Source: Mobula hypostoma (taxonomy: Eukaryota). From it: DNA of 64,000 bases. The notes under the pieces were generated by a model that made no database searches, had not been told where the DNA came from, and saw nothing but the letters and a program-made list of their open reading frames with translations. The translations under genes were made by a program, and so were the position numbers. The stretch's first letter is position 1. The number at the start of each line of letters is the position of its first letter. This document shows positions 61,928-64,000 of this stretch, in pieces. The stretch is from contig NC_086109.1 of assembly GCF_963921235.1 (NCBI RefSeq), positions 23,064,001 through 23,128,000 of the forward strand, written 5' to 3'.

Positions 61928-62122
61928 GAACACAAGGAAGTCTGAAGATGCTGGAAATCTAAAGCAACATAGACTGAACGTTGAAGGAACTCAGCAGGTC
62001 AGGCAGCATCCATGGAAAAGAGTGAACAGGGATGGGTCTTGGCCCGAAACGTCAACTGTTTACTCTTTTCCATGGATGCTGCCTGACCTGCTGAGTTCCT
62101 CCAGCATTCAGTCTGTGTTGCT
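61928..62122. mobile_element. Penelope-derived near-perfect inverted repeat
   Basis: 67-bp arms 61963-62029 and 62056-62122; loop contains gggtcttggcccGAAACGTC. Confidence 0.85.
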
Positions 62123-62447
62123 AAGTAAACTATGAGATGATGGCTGAGTTCAAATTCTATGGTTCTGTTCCTAGACACTGTCAATTACAGGAAACGTTTG
62201 TCCCTACTGTATTCTGTCATCTCCTTCAACTATTTTAAATACTTTTTAGGGTGCGTTTCAAAGTATGTAACATTACACTGAATACCAAAGGTTTGTTGAA
62301 GAAACCTTATATATGAGGAACAGCTGTTCACCTCACAATAGCATTTATTTCACTTAAAGTTAAAAATCTGTCATTGGAAACCGCATTTTGAAATATCACT
62401 GATGAAAATGAAGATATAGATTTTAATATGTGAATTCAAAATATATT

Positions 62448-62785
62448 GTGGTGGTGGCATCCGTTAGTCTCGCAAGACCATGGATCTGCGCCTGGAAAGT
62501 CTTGCTTCAGTCTGTGTTAGAGCAGCGTCTGTTGTGGCTGTAGAGTCCCACACGGGAGTGACAGTCTCGGCTGCAGCAACTGCACTTGAAGGCGCTGTCC
62601 TCCAGTGTTGTCTTGGTGCTGTTTTTCCGATGAGTGCGCTTTTCTTCAGCAGCAAGCCTCAGCTTCTCTTCTCCTCTTTTTAGATCTCTGCGTAGTTCCA
62701 GCCTCCAGTGAGAGCAATCGCTTGCGATGTCCTCCCACCTCTCGATGTTCATTTTCAGTGACTTCATGTCTCTCTTGCAAATGAT
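62448..62785 (-). mobile_element. RTE-clade LINE 3' end
   Basis: KRDMK...WEDIASDCSHWR...FKCSCCSRDCHSRVGLYSHNRRC* zinc finger, short 3' UTR, (CCA)n tail. Confidence 0.85.
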
Positions 62786-63879
62786 TTTAATATATTGGTA
62801 GAGATACATTTAACCACAAACCAATGCTTGCTGCCATAACACGTGGTTACAATTTGTGTTGTTGAGTAATTCTGGATTTGTGAAATAAGTGTATCTGTAG
62901 CACGATTTTCCTCAGAAATTGGGAAAGTGATCCTGCCACTATGGAGATGGAAAGTAGGCCATCGAAGCTCTTGGACATAAGAGTACACAAAATATGGGTC
63001 TTAAAACATAAGCATTTGGTATTTCATTCTGTTACTCCTTCACTCTGTATTGAGCAAGTTAATTCACCTTTCTCCCAAATAACATCTTCAAATAAAGCTG
63101 TTCTGTTTGAAGTACAAATGAAGAATACAAATTGGTTTGCTAGTATTAATTAATTTTTCCCATACTTCTTTCAACTCACGGTCCTCTGCGTTCACTGTTT
63201 ATGACGCTGTTGCTTACACTGGGAATGCCAAATGGAACACCTCACTTCTGTTACTGTAAATCTCTACTTATATCCACACTCAGCTTCCTGCATTGCTAGT
63301 CCAATGAAGTTCAATGTAAATTCAGGCAACAGCAAGGCACCTTTCAATAAAACACATTAATAGCCTTCTCTCTCTTTTCATTATATCTTGGCACTTGTTT
63401 TATCCCTAGTAGCTACTTATTCTGATGAAAAATCATTAACATGAAAAGTTAACTCTTGTTCTCCCTCCCGAGATGCTGCCCGATTTGCTGAGCATAACTA
63501 GCACTGTCTTATCCATTAAACCTGCTTCTAAATAAGCCAAATGTCCTACTTCAATGTATCATTAAGAAGTATTTCAAATAAATGGGGCTAATTAGTATAT
63601 TTAAATAGGCAGCCAGGAATTAAGTGCCAGTGCTGCACTAAATATAACACAACGGAGGGAATTAAACTCCCAGATGTTAAGCAGTTTTTGAGACATCAAA
63701 TTAAAAGCAGAAAATGCTGGAAATATTCAGGCAAGACATCAGAGAAATCAGGGATGTGAAACATAATCTCCACTTCTCTTTTCACAGCTGCCTGACATCC
63801 AGCATCTTGTCTTTATGTTAGATTTCGTGTATCTACAGTTTTTTGGTTTTTAGATTTACCGAACTGCAAGCTCTGAAAT

Positions 63880-64000
63880 TTAGAGAAGATTTGTCAAGGA
63901 CTCTGTAAGAAGTTTGTACATTCTCCCTGTGACCGCGCCTATTTCCTCCGGAGGCTCCGGATTCACACACCCCTCATTGTAAATTGTCCCGTGAGGAGGC
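63880..64000 (+). mobile_element. V-SINE fragment, cut by the window edge
   Basis: ctgtaagaagtttgtacattctccctgtgaccgcg...tttcctccggaggctccgg. Confidence 0.7.

Noticed and set aside
58282-64000. Upstream 63-nt SRGAP2 exon (SKEVG..LNELYS)
   Set aside because: Not found by eye; presumably beyond the window

Overview
Vertebrate genomic DNA. The repeat landscape (V-SINE/HE1-type SINEs, CR1/HER1 and Rex1/Babar LINEs, Penelope-derived palindromes) points to a cartilaginous fish, probably a ray; this is an inference. The window holds the 3' part of SRGAP2 (SLIT-ROBO Rho GTPase-activating protein 2) on the minus strand. I traced 18 coding exons from 58281 down to the stop at 12766 (2733 nt, 910 aa). 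All have GT-AG boundaries and consistent phases, and they encode the distal F-BAR, RhoGAP, SH3 and C-terminal tail ending DKSCTV. The first coding exons were not found and presumably lie beyond 64000. A probable ~3.8 kb 3' UTR ends near an AATAAA at 8927-8932. The rest is intron or intergenic DNA filled with LINE/SINE fragments, hAT elements, Penelope relics, microsatellites and one 178-N gap; repeat boundaries are approximate. I found no convincing wholly new system. The best leads are Penelope-derived hammerhead-like motifs and hairpins in the pre-mRNA, an altered Homer-binding motif (LPPKF), two possible routes to an SRGAP2C-like truncated isoform, and inverted CR1 copies bracketing a frame-symmetric RhoGAP exon block.
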